Positions 38,189 to 48,438 of a DNA stretch of 64,000 nucleotides are shown here, in pieces. This DNA comes from Candidatus Sumerlaeia bacterium (GTDB lineage Bacteria > Sumerlaeota > Sumerlaeia > MVZB01): NCBI GenBank assembly GCA_963580245.1, contig CAUZJO010000001.1:67564-131563 (forward strand). Reading direction: 5' to 3'. A program made the position numbers and the translations under genes. Numbering within the stretch: position 1 is the stretch's first letter; the number at the start of each line of letters is the position of its first letter. Under the pieces are notes generated by a model. That model had not been told where the DNA came from, searched no databases, and worked only from the letters and a program-made list of their open reading frames with translations.

Positions 38189-40243
38189 TCACCAGATCGA
38201 GTCCAACTTCCAAATATCGAGCCGCTTCACTTTCGCCGAACCCCCAGCGGAAAACAATTCAATTCCCAAGTCCGTCGCCGGCGCGGAGACCCTCACCGTA
38301 TAAACCACCCAATCGTTGGCGAAGACTTCTATGATATGTTGATCGATGAAGACGTGCAGACGCAACGTCGATTCTCCTTCCATGAGATCGGCGGGGATTC
38401 GTTCGCCGCTGACCTCGAGGCGCTCCCCATCATAACGGATCGGAACATATTGGGATCCGTCCGCGGAACGCCGTAGCTTCAACCCGAATTCCTGGGCCGA
38501 GCCGGGGACGAATTCCACTTTGACCTCGAGCATGTTCCCTTCGATACCGCGAATCACGTGGGACGTATCCACGAGGTCCACGTCCGTTTCAGCATAGTGT
38601 TCCCCTCTTAACTTGGCTAATGCTTCTATCGGCCGCTGGGCGAGCTTGCCGTCGGGCCTGATCGTCAGCACCCGCGGCAGCGACTGGCCACCCGGCGCCA
38701 TGCCCATGTAGATCATGCGGCCGTCCTTATCCTCGAACGGCGTGCAGCCATAAAACGATCCTGAATATTCCGCGTGGCCGTGCGTTTTGGGATCGTGCTT
38801 CTCGGAACCGACGAAATCCACGAAACTGTGCACCTCCGGCGTAAAGGTGACATTTTCCCAATCGAAGGTGCCCGTATAGTATTGAGTCGGGCCGAAGGGT
38901 TCGAAGATAACGACCCATTTATCACCCAGCTTAAACATCTCGGGCTCTTCCCACCCTTTCGTCTCGGCGACGTAAGGAAGGCCCACAAACTCCCAATTCA
39001 TCAAGTCGTCGGACCCATGAAGGGTAAAGCAGCCCTTGGTTTCGCCGTCTACTTTGATCTTGCCTCCGAGAACCATGTACCATCGGCCCTCGTGCTTGAA
39101 CACGCTGCAATCGGTCCCGGTGCCGTTGATCCTCATGGCCATCGGGTTATCCGGAGTATTCGTGATCACCGGATTCGTCGCGACCTTGCGCCATTTCTCG
39201 AAGGTAGCGTCGCCCACGGCCGCCATCTGATCCATGGGCCGTTCCGAACTGCGACTGGTGTAGAAAATCCATGGCGTGCCGTCGTCGCCAATGACCGCGG
39301 CGCCGGACGCGCAATAGAACTCGCCGTTATCCTCCGACGGCCAGATCACCACGGACATGTCTTCCCAATACACCAGGTCCTTGGAGCGCGCGTGACGCCA
39401 GAAATTATGGTTCCAGACGTCCTTGCGATCCCAAAAAGGATCATAGATGTAGAACAGGTGATAGTATCCGTCGTGATAGACGCAAGTCGGCCCGCCGAAC
39501 CCGAACACCGCCGGTGTGTAATGGTAACCGCGACGCGACGGGGCCTTCTTTTCCGCTCGTTGCACGTTTTCGTTGGCGCGATGCAAAATGTCGGCGCGGG
39601 TATAGATGTCCCTTTGGGGTTGGTCGCTCTGCGCGATCTGATCGACGCAGATGAACCCCTCCGATCCGGAATGGTTGTCCACGACCTGAATCCGCGCGGT
39701 TTGGCCCCGCAGGGACCGGACATCCCAGGTTTCCCACTGCAGTTCAACGTTTCCGGCGGGCGAGAGGCCGGGCCCCGTCGTCGTGCGCAGGACAATCCGA
39801 TCACCCACGGCAAGCCGATGATGTCCGGTGTGAATATGATCGAAGGTCAGCGGGAGCCCGACGGGCTTGATGAGCAGGTTCACGCAGCACTCGTCCCCCC
39901 AGAAATCTCGAGGCGCCCTGGTCCGCCGGCTTCCCCGGTGATGTCCGCCGCCGATCTGGAAGTTGATAAAGTCACGTTCGATGACGAATTCCGGCGAAGT
40001 CAGGACACCCTTGGCCGCCTCTCCTCCGTGAAAGGAGTTGATAAAGCGCCCGTTTTCCCATCCCCTCACTGCCGGCTGTCCGGGGAGCGCGCCCGTTACC
40101 GGTTCCTGGCCGAACGCTTCCCCGGAAACTTGCCATTCCCCATGGTCCTCTGCCTCGAAATCGTTAATGAAAACATCACCCGCCGCGCTGGAGATGGCGT
40201 ACAAGAAGACGTGCAGAGCAATCCAAGGGATTATGCGCCTCAT
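38189..40243 (-). CDS. Secreted GH32-fold protein, copy 2 of 3, lacking the nucleophile Asp.
   Basis: The architecture is the same, with FGFGGPTCVYHDGYYHLFYIYDP, GTDCSVFKHEGRWYMVLGG and WEEPEMFKLGD. The ATG at 40243 with an AGGAGA Shine-Dalgarno gives a signal peptide MRRIIPWIALHVFLYAISSAAG. Confidence 0.75.
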   Translation of the reverse strand: MRRIIPWIALHVFLYAISSAAGDVFINDFEAEDHGEWQVSGEAFGQEPVTGALPGQPAVRGWENGRFINSFHGGEAAKGVLTSPEFVIERDFINFQIGGGHHRGSRRTRAPRDFWGDECCVNLLIKPVGLPLTFDHIHTGHHRLAVGDRIVLRTTTGPGLSPAGNVELQWETWDVRSLRGQTARIQVVDNHSGSEGFICVDQIAQSDQPQRDIYTRADILHRANENVQRAEKKAPSRRGYHYTPAVFGFGGPTCVYHDGYYHLFYIYDPFWDRKDVWNHNFWRHARSKDLVYWEDMSVVIWPSEDNGEFYCASGAAVIGDDGTPWIFYTSRSSERPMDQMAAVGDATFEKWRKVATNPVITNTPDNPMAMRINGTGTDCSVFKHEGRWYMVLGGKIKVDGETKGCFTLHGSDDLMNWEFVGLPYVAETKGWEEPEMFKLGDKWVVIFEPFGPTQYYTGTFDWENVTFTPEVHSFVDFVGSEKHDPKTHGHAEYSGSFYGCTPFEDKDGRMIYMGMAPGGQSLPRVLTIRPDGKLAQRPIEALAKLRGEHYAETDVDLVDTSHVIRGIEGNMLEVKVEFVPGSAQEFGLKLRRSADGSQYVPIRYDGERLEVSGERIPADLMEGESTLRLHVFIDQHIIEVFANDWVVYTVRVSAPATDLGIELFSAGGSAKVKRLDIWKLDSIW

Positions 40244-40276
40244 CCAGATTGTCTCCTCTTTCAATGGATCGTCCAT

Positions 40277-42337
40277 CTACCAAATAGAGGCCAACTTCCA
40301 GATTTCGAGGTTCTTCACCTTCGTCGAACCCCCAGCGGAAAACAATTCGATTCCCAAGTCCGTCGCCGGCGCGGAGACCGCCACCGTATAGACCACCCAA
40401 TCATTGGCGAAGACTTCCATGATATGTTGATCGATAAAGACGTGAAGCCGCAACGTGGTTTCGCCTTCCATGAGATCGGCGGGGATTCGTTCGCCGCTGA
40501 CCTCGAGGCGCTCCCCATCATAACGGATCGGAATATTTTGGGATCCGTCCGCGGAACGCCGTAGCTTCAACCCGAATTCCTGGGCCGAGCCGGGGACGAA
40601 TTCCACTTTGACCTCGAGCATGTTCCCCTCGATGCCATGAATCACATGGGACTCATCCGCGAGGTCCACGTCCGTTTTCGCGTAGTGTTCCCCTCTTAAT
40701 TTAGCCAACGCCTCGATAGGTTTCTGGGCGAGTTTGCCGTCGGGCCGCATCGTCAGCACCCGGGGTAGCGACTGGCCACCCGGCGCCATGCCCATGTAGA
40801 TCATGCGGCCGTCCTTATCCTCGAACGGCGTGCATCCATAAAACGATCCCGAGTATTCCGCATGGCCGTGCGTCTTGGGATCGTGCTTCTCCGAGCCGAC
40901 GAAATCGACGAAACCATGCACTTCGGGCGTAAAGGTGTAATTCTCCCAATCGAAGCTGCCGGTATAGTATTGAGTCGGGCCGAAGGGCTCGAAGATGACG
41001 ACCCATTTGTCGCCCAGTTTAAACATCTCGGGCTCTTCCCACCCTTTGGTGTCGGCGACGTAGGGAACGCTCACGAATTCCCAGTCGATCAGGTCGTCCG
41101 ACGCGTGCAGGGAGTAACATCCTTTGTATTCGCCGTCGACCATCTTGAGTCCTCCAAGGACCATGTACCACTTATCCTCATGTTTAAATATGCCACAATC
41201 CGTCCCGTGGGTCATGGGATTATCCGGCGTGTTGGTGATGACGGCATTGGTCGGATACTTGCGCCAGGTCGTTAAATCCGCGTCTCCCACCGCCGCCATC
41301 TGGTCCATGGGCCGCTCCGAACTGCGGCTTGTGTAAAATAGCCTCGGCACGCCGTTGTCGTCGATCACGGCCGCGCCCGAGGCGCAATAGAACTCGCCAT
41401 TGTCCTCCGAAGGCCAGATCTCCACGTCCAAGTCTTCCCAATACACCAGGTCCTTGGATCGCGCGTGACGCCAGAAATTGTGGTTCCATGTGTCCTTACG
41501 GTCCCAAAACGGGTCATAGATATAGAACAGATGATAGTACCCGTCGTGATAAACGCAAGTCGGTCCGCCGAAACCGAAGACAGGCGCATTGTAGTGGTAA
41601 GCGTGACGCGGCGGGGCTTCTTTTTCGGCTTTCGCGACGTTTTCATTGGCGCGCCGCAGAATGTCGGCGTCGTGCAAGACGTCCCATCGGGGCTGATCAC
41701 TCTGGACGATTTGATCGACGCAGATGAAACCGTGCCGCCCCGCATTGTTATCAACGATCCGGATCTGGGCCGTCTTGCCGCGTAGGGTTCGGACGTCCCA
41801 GGTCGCCCATTCCAACTCGACCCGATCGTCCGAATCCAAGCCCGGGCCGGTCGTCGTGCGCAGGGCGATCTTGTCGCCGACGGCCAGTCGGTGATGTCCG
41901 GCGTTAATGGTTTCGAACGTATAGACCAGCTCGGCCGGATCGAGGAGTAGGGTTAGACAACACTCCTCGCCGTAAAACTCCTTCGGCTCGCGGATGTTGC
42001 GTTTTCCCAGGTGGTATCCACCACCGACGAGAAAGTTGATATAGTCCCGTTCGATCACGAAAGGCGGCGAAGTCAGAACACCCTTCGAAGCTTCTCCGCC
42101 ATGACGAGAGTACAACAGACGGTCCCCGGAATAGCCCTTTATCGACGGTTGGTCGACTCGGGGCCCCACGGTGGGGCCCGCGCCGAACGCTTTTCCCGTC
42201 ACCGCCCATTCTTCAAATGACTCATTCTCGAAATCGGCGATGAGAAGATCTTGCGAGCCGGCCGGCGTGACCACGTTCGCAAACATTGCCGCCAGAAACC
42301 ACAGGTGGCCTAAGCATCTTTTTGCGCGTTTTCCCAT
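40277..42337 (-). CDS. Secreted GH32-fold protein, copy 3 of 3, lacking the nucleophile Asp.
   Basis: Its C-terminal third is ~93% identical to copy 2, including identical nucleotide stretches. It is separated from copy 2 by only 33 bp. Confidence 0.75.
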   Translation of the reverse strand: MGKRAKRCLGHLWFLAAMFANVVTPAGSQDLLIADFENESFEEWAVTGKAFGAGPTVGPRVDQPSIKGYSGDRLLYSRHGGEASKGVLTSPPFVIERDYINFLVGGGYHLGKRNIREPKEFYGEECCLTLLLDPAELVYTFETINAGHHRLAVGDKIALRTTTGPGLDSDDRVELEWATWDVRTLRGKTAQIRIVDNNAGRHGFICVDQIVQSDQPRWDVLHDADILRRANENVAKAEKEAPPRHAYHYNAPVFGFGGPTCVYHDGYYHLFYIYDPFWDRKDTWNHNFWRHARSKDLVYWEDLDVEIWPSEDNGEFYCASGAAVIDDNGVPRLFYTSRSSERPMDQMAAVGDADLTTWRKYPTNAVITNTPDNPMTHGTDCGIFKHEDKWYMVLGGLKMVDGEYKGCYSLHASDDLIDWEFVSVPYVADTKGWEEPEMFKLGDKWVVIFEPFGPTQYYTGSFDWENYTFTPEVHGFVDFVGSEKHDPKTHGHAEYSGSFYGCTPFEDKDGRMIYMGMAPGGQSLPRVLTMRPDGKLAQKPIEALAKLRGEHYAKTDVDLADESHVIHGIEGNMLEVKVEFVPGSAQEFGLKLRRSADGSQNIPIRYDGERLEVSGERIPADLMEGETTLRLHVFIDQHIMEVFANDWVVYTVAVSAPATDLGIELFSAGGSTKVKNLEIWKLASIW

Positions 42338-42891
42338 GTGTCGAGTCTCTTTTTCGTGAAGGTTATTGGATGTACCCCGGCGAGTTCAACTTGGCTGAAA
42401 CTCAAGATCACCCTTCTATCCAAGCACATGATCCGGTGAAATCAGCCGTCATCAATTCTCAACCGCGATTCATGACGCGCATCATAGTCCGGTATCCTCG
42501 CGATAATCAAGGATTTCGTGTAAGTTCGGACGGCCCGCAAAGGTTCGTAACATTCGAATGTTTCTCCTCCGCGGCGGGCAACCCCGCGATTCAGCGGATA
42601 CACGACGCCCGGGGAATAATCCATCAGCCCGAGGGATTGGAATAACACTGAGAACCAAGAAGAATCGCGCCATTCCACGAACGACCCACACGAATAGATA
42701 GGCCACCCGTGGTCGGGGCGCGGGGAATGATGCTGTTCGCGCGAGGTCGACGCCTAGAGTGCCTGCCAATGCGTTTTGCCGAGCAGCAGTTTGTCAATGA
42801 AGATGATGAGTGCGAGCATGTGTGCTGAGAACCGGATGAGAGTTTGTTGATCGGGGGTGGGTCCGGATCAGACGAGGACAATACTTCGGAA

Positions 42892-43830
42892 CTATTCCGT
42901 TGCCGCCTGTTGCTCCTGAGGTTGAATGCGCTGCATCGCGCGTGCCGCGTTCTTGCGGATCGTCTTATTCGGGTCCTCCATCAGGATCTGGAGATCGGCG
43001 AGCGCGGCGTCGCCGAACGAACGGGCCAGTTCCTGGATGGCCGTCTGGCGAACGCGCACGTCGGTGTCGCCGTGGGCGACCTCGGCCAGGACGTTGCGCG
43101 CCGCATCGCTGCCGACCCGCGCGACGGCGTTAATCGATTCGAGCCGCACGTCGCGGTTGGGGTCGTTGCGGAGATGATCGGCCAGGGTATCGAGCGAGCC
43201 TTCGCGTCCCGAGAGGGCCTGGACCGAGTTGAACCGCAACCGCGACTTTTCTTCATTGTCGAGGATATCAGCGATGGCGTCTCCGGCTTCGGCTTCGGGG
43301 CGCTCGGCCAGCGATCCGATGATCTCCTTGCGCATGCTGAAACCATCTTCTTCCTTGAAAAGCGTTTCGAGTGTCGGCACGGCCTCTTCGTCCTCGATCT
43401 GGCCCAAGGCGTCGATCAGCAACATCTTCTGATGCGTCGCCCCGGCCTCGTCATACATACCGGAGATCGCCCGCGAACCGCCGGACCCCAGCTTGGCCAG
43501 TCGCCGGACGTATTCCGCGGAAGTCTTCCTGCGCTTTTCGATGAGCGCCTTGGCATCGTCATAATCGAGCATTCCGGCGTATCCATAAAGGTCGCGATGC
43601 TTCTCCAAGATGTCGGCCACCATCGCCTTCATGGCGCGTTCGGAGGGTTTGTTCGGCGCTTTGGCGGGGGGCCGGCCCTCGGCCCGCATGCTCTCGGGAA
43701 CCACGGGGAGCCTTCTCGGTTTCACCGTCGCCGCGGGCTCTTCGATCGCTTTGTCAAGGGGTCCTTGTGTAAGCCACACGCTTGTGGCCAGAACCAGTGC
43801 CGCCAATCCGACGTAAAGCCAACGTTTCAT
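42892..43830 (-). CDS. Secreted HEAT / PBS-lyase-like repeat protein.
   Basis: A signal peptide is present. Repeated ~30-aa helical units with D/E…R…A motifs (…DPNRDVRLESINAVARVG…, …GDTDVRVRQTAIQELARSFG…, …DPNKTIRKNAARAM…) mark the HEAT repeats. Confidence 0.65.
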   Translation of the reverse strand: MKRWLYVGLAALVLATSVWLTQGPLDKAIEEPAATVKPRRLPVVPESMRAEGRPPAKAPNKPSERAMKAMVADILEKHRDLYGYAGMLDYDDAKALIEKRRKTSAEYVRRLAKLGSGGSRAISGMYDEAGATHQKMLLIDALGQIEDEEAVPTLETLFKEEDGFSMRKEIIGSLAERPEAEAGDAIADILDNEEKSRLRFNSVQALSGREGSLDTLADHLRNDPNRDVRLESINAVARVGSDAARNVLAEVAHGDTDVRVRQTAIQELARSFGDAALADLQILMEDPNKTIRKNAARAMQRIQPQEQQAATE

Positions 43831-43860
43831 TGTATACGACTCCTCAATCAGTCATCATTG

Positions 43861-46800
43861 TCATTCTTTGCGAGATCGCCAGTTCTTGCCGTGGATCTCG
43901 TAGGTTGTCACGTCGAACTCGCCACAACCAATCATCGTCACACCGGCCTCGCCGATGGAGAACTCGACCTTGGCCTGCTGCGGCATCGACTTCGTGATAC
44001 CCGTGATGGGCACCTTAATCCAGAACCGACCATCGGTCGGGAAGTAGGTGTTGCTCCCGGCTCCAGAAGAGCCCTCTTCCTCGGATGCTTCTTGACAGTA
44101 GATTTCATCAGTGAGGCCGTCACTCGCATCCCCGTCTCGGTACCAGTAGATCGTGCTCCCCGGCTCCAGTTGATCCGGGTACAGCACATCTATTCTGTCG
44201 TGATTGGTCCTGAACGGGAACAGTGACGTGGCGTCACCATTCTCATACACCGTCAGGATCGTGATACCGTCGATCGTGATCGGCAGCGTCGCATCGCCGA
44301 ACCTGTAATTGAACCGCGTCTCATCGCTGTGGATGAACCGCGTCTTGAGACTTCCCACGTCGTTCGGCAAGTTCGGGTCACGCTTCGCATCGTATTTTTG
44401 CGAGTTCTTCCAACGAAACGTGACTTTCTCCTTATGGTCTGCCTTGTACTTCCACTTCTCGCGATTGTCCGTCGGGTTGTTGTCTTTGATCTCGTAGATG
44501 ATATCGTCATTCTGATAGCCCACGATCGACGCGTCATCGCCGAACGACACCTTGAGCGACCCCATGCCGATATTTCCACTACGGAAGTCGGGCGCCATAT
44601 TGCCGTCCTGTAGGCTCAACGCGCCGTAGAAGGCGGCATATTCAGGCTCGTCGCCGTTGAAGCGAACCCAACTATGCATGATCTCGGCGCCGATCACATC
44701 GGTGCAATCAGTCGGTGGGGCTTCACCGTCAACGAACACGCAGATCATCCCCGCGGCGAATCCGCCCCGCCCGTCACCGATCGAGTAGGTGCAGCTGTCG
44801 GAGCCGCAGTAGCCGGGATTCGGTACATAACGGATATCCCCATTAGGCATGACGGTGGCGGTCCCGTTGGAGGGATTGGTCACATCCAGAACCGATATAT
44901 CGTCGCCATTGGGGTCCATGTCGTTGGCGAGGGCGTCAATGAATACCGCCGTCTCTTCGGGGGTCAATTCCGCGTTGCCTTGCGTGACGGGCGGATCGTT
45001 CGTCTCCGCCTCCCCCGTGCAATGCGGGGTGCCCTTCTGGCCGCAGTTGAACTGCAGCAGGCAGTAGCGGATCTGTAGACCCGTCCAGCGCTCCGGCCCA
45101 CCCGGCGCGCTGCCGAGCGGATTCGTGCACAAGAAGTCATCGGCATCCTCGATGCACTGCAGCACCTCGGCGTTGGGGCAGGCGCCCTGGGCGACGTTGA
45201 GCTTGGCCGCGATGAGCTGCTGTGCCACCATCATCGTGATATCTCCACGCTGGCGGGTGTGGCTCTCGAGGATCTCCACCAACTCCGCTTTGGTCATGAT
45301 ATTGCCGTCACAGCCAATTTCGAGCTCCTCGACGGGCCACGCAGCGGGATGTTTTTTCCAGTAGCGACTGGTGTGAACACAATTGGTCGAACAGTCCTCG
45401 GTGATGACTTGGGATTTGCTGACCGAGTTGCCGCTGCTGTCGGTCGCCGTCCACGTCCGTAGGATGGCCGTGTATCCTGCTTGACCGATCGTCTCCTCGG
45501 TGAAGGAAACGGGCACGATGCCGTCGCACGCGTCCTCGGCCGTCACGTCGGAGGGAGCAGGCGCATCCACGCAGCAAGTGACGGTCGCGTCAGCGGGAAC
45601 GCCGATCAACTCGGGTTTGGTGACATCGGGAGTAACGGTGATCACGACCGTGTCGATATCGGTTTCGCCGTCCGGATCGAAGGAACCGCTGCCGTCAAGC
45701 GTGACCGTTGCGCAGTCGACCGTTTGGTCCAGACCGGCATCGGCTGTTGGAGGATTGTTAACGCCAGTCGGAAGATCGTTCTCGCCATTCGGATCTCCGC
45801 CGCCATCATCAGCAGCAGCAGCGGGGGCCGGCATGGCCAGGACGGCCGCGTACCAGGTCACCGAGTCGGGACTGACAAGCGACGCGTCGCTCGATGGGAT
45901 GATCTGCACGGTCACCTCCGTGGCGTTGGCCGGGATCATGAGCGAGAAGCCCAGTGCATCTGCTTCGGCACCGTTCGCCGAAGAGATCAGGTTATCGAAC
46001 GGCGTCGTGATGCCGTCGATCGTGATCTCAACCTTGTCGGACCGATTGACTTCACCGTCGTCGAGCAGTAAGTCAAGCGTCGCGGGTCGGAGGAAGGCAA
46101 GAGGATTGAACGTGAAAGTCTGGGCCATGGTGCGGTCGAGCGGATCGATGAAGATCGTCGGATCCGCCGCGAAGTCGTGGCCATCAAGAATTTGGATTTT
46201 CTGGTTCATGGTCGCGTCATCATAGATCACGATGATGCCCGCGCTATCGTTATTGGCGCTGAAAGACATCCCGTCGAGGCTCAGAGAGTTCGCCCCGTCG
46301 GTAACCAAGCCCAGGGCCGTGATGTCGGCCCGGTAGGCCTGACTGGCGCCCAGCGGCATGACGCTGGATTCGCCGATCAGCTCGCCGGTGACATCCATGC
46401 CGTTGACGCTGATCATATCATCGCCGCCAATACAGGGTGAGCTCCCGAATCCGGCTCCGTGCCAGATGATGTTGTCAATCGAGTAGGACCCGCCGCCGTC
46501 GGGCGCCAGCCCCATGGGGATGATGGTCACCGATTCCAGTTCAACATGAGCCAGCTTCGCGAGAACGAACGTTTCGAAATCCGCGAGCGGACCAACCGAG
46601 TCGATGATGCTGTCCAGAGGGAACGTCTCGGAGATCGTCGTGCCGACGGTCAGAATTCCGACGACGGTCAGCGAGGTCGCGTTCGGGAAGTCTATCCCAT
46701 CCCTGAACCCCTCGGCGCCGTCGAATTGGATCAGGCTGAACGGCTCGCCGCCGGGCCGGCTGATCGTGAGCGGACCGCCCGCGTTAGGTCCGCCCGATTC

Positions 46801-47330
46801 GCTGGCCAGGATTTGCGAGCCGTTGTCCGCGCACCCCTGTGGGCAAGAGGTCGGATCCTCGACGACGAAGATGTTGCCGTTCGGGATGTAGAAGTTGAGT
46901 CCATCGATGAGTTCGTGGAGCCCTAGGTTGATAAACGGCGAGGGCGCTTGGCTTACGTCGACCGCTTCAAAGTCCATGATGTTTTCGGCGCCCGTGCCGG
47001 TCGAGCCGTAGCCTAAACCGCTTCCGATTACGAGGATGTTGTCGATGGAGTACGCGCCGTCGCCCGCCGGAGAGGCCCCGGTGGCGCTAAAGGTGGCCGA
47101 GATGAGGTCGGCGGTGGCCAAGTCCGAGGTGTAATGAATCTGGAAATCCTCGTCGGGTCCGTCAACGTCGATCAGGTCGTCCATGATAACGGTCTCGGAA
47201 ACCATTCCGCCGCCGGCAAGCACGCCCTCGATCGTAACCGTAGTCGCTCGAGGGAAATCCGGATTGGATGCAATACCCTCGGCCAGTTGGAGTTTGCAGA
47301 TCCTGAACGTCCCGCCATCGTGATCGGCGC
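43861..47330 (-). CDS. Large cell-surface protein, C-terminal ~1150 aa. It carries PKD-like and cadherin-like/Big repeats, and its frame continues upstream of the ORF-track start.
   Basis: The PKD-like motif is DAGLDQTVDCATVTLDGSGSFDPDGE. The cadherin/Big-like motif is VFIDALANDMDPNGDDISVLDVTNPSNGTATVMPNGDIRYVPNPGYCGSDSCTYSIGDG. Internal repeats of type GGGSYSIDNI also occur. The frame stays open and protein-like to ~47350, which is upstream of the GTG at 47223. Confidence 0.6.
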
Positions 47331-47781
47331 GCCGGGGATATTGCCGTCGCTATCTAGGGTGTTCATGGTTTGGGTCTCGTTGTGCGCGCATCCGCCGAAA
47401 CAGGCCCCGGCTTCGTCAATGATGAAAATACTTTCAGTGCAAGTGAAGTCGAATCCACCCGCGCTTGTCATCGTTCCCACATCCAGGTGCGGAGCGCCCG
47501 CCAGATCGACGTCTTCAAAATCGATCAGGTGTCCTTCCACCGCGCCCCGTCCATACCAGTACAGGAGCGCTTGTTTGATCGCCGCGCCGGCGGGAACGTT
47601 AACGTTGAGCGCGGCCGGTTGAGTGTTCAGTCCTGTTCCCCCAACCGCGACGCCACTCCCGGATTGGATTGGAATGCTGGGGACACCCAGCGTTTCATTT
47701 CCATCGGCCCAGACGTTGAATGATGTGAGTGCCACGAGCAAAATCCAAAAAATGGATGCGCGGGCTGTCGAAACGGCAAAA
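47172..47781 (-). CDS. N-terminal signal-peptide part of the same large surface protein, in a different frame (frameshift or pseudogene).
   Basis: The ATG at 47781 with a GGAGG Shine-Dalgarno gives MQSFAVSTARASIFWILLVALTSFNVWA. It is protein-like to ~47330, after which the downstream frame takes over. The ORF-track 5' extension to 48293 is not supported. Confidence 0.55.
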
Positions 47782-48438
47782 GATTGCATATTAGAAGGCC
47801 TCCTATTTTCAGGGAAGAGAGAGGAAGCAAAAACGGAGCCAACTCTAATCAGGGGCGGCCCGGCGCCGTCCTGGGGATCGTTATCGCTTATGTTTTCTCC
47901 GTTTAAGACCACTTGGGCCTTTCTAACGATGTCAAGAGTCGGGATTGTTGGCGAAATCGACCAACTCTTGTCCGGGCCGTAACTGATTGAGATGAGACCG
48001 CCCACCCGACGCTTAGACCCCAGGTTCCCGCGAAAAACATCCCGAATTGAATCCAATGTGCAGCCCGGTGCATCCTCGCGGCGGGAAAGTAAACAAACCC
48101 CTGCTATTCGTGGTCGGGTCGGATCATTCCATCCGGATACGAATCGTGGGTGATTGGGTGGGCGCACGCCGTGCCATCCATCGAAGATCGTGAAAACAAT
48201 CACAATCCGGGGAGGAGAAATCGGATAGGTAAGAACGTTGTTTTGAGCGGGGTGATCGCCAAAATCGACCAACGATTGTCGAAAATGGCCCACTTCAGGA
48301 AAGCGCGAGATCCATCCATATTGAACTTGTGGTTAATGACCGAGTCGTGTTTGCTTTGGCTGTGCGAAGCGCGTTATTCGGTTCAGACCGCTTCGCGCGA
48401 ACGTATCAGGCGTAAAAGTCAGTCAGACGGCGCATGCC

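Noticed and set aside
47782-48293. The upstream extension of the adhesin N-terminal fragment to 48293.
   Set aside because: A signal peptide with a good Shine-Dalgarno begins at the ATG at 47781. Upstream sequence is non-protein-like and overlaps the promoter region divergent from the squalene-synthase gene.
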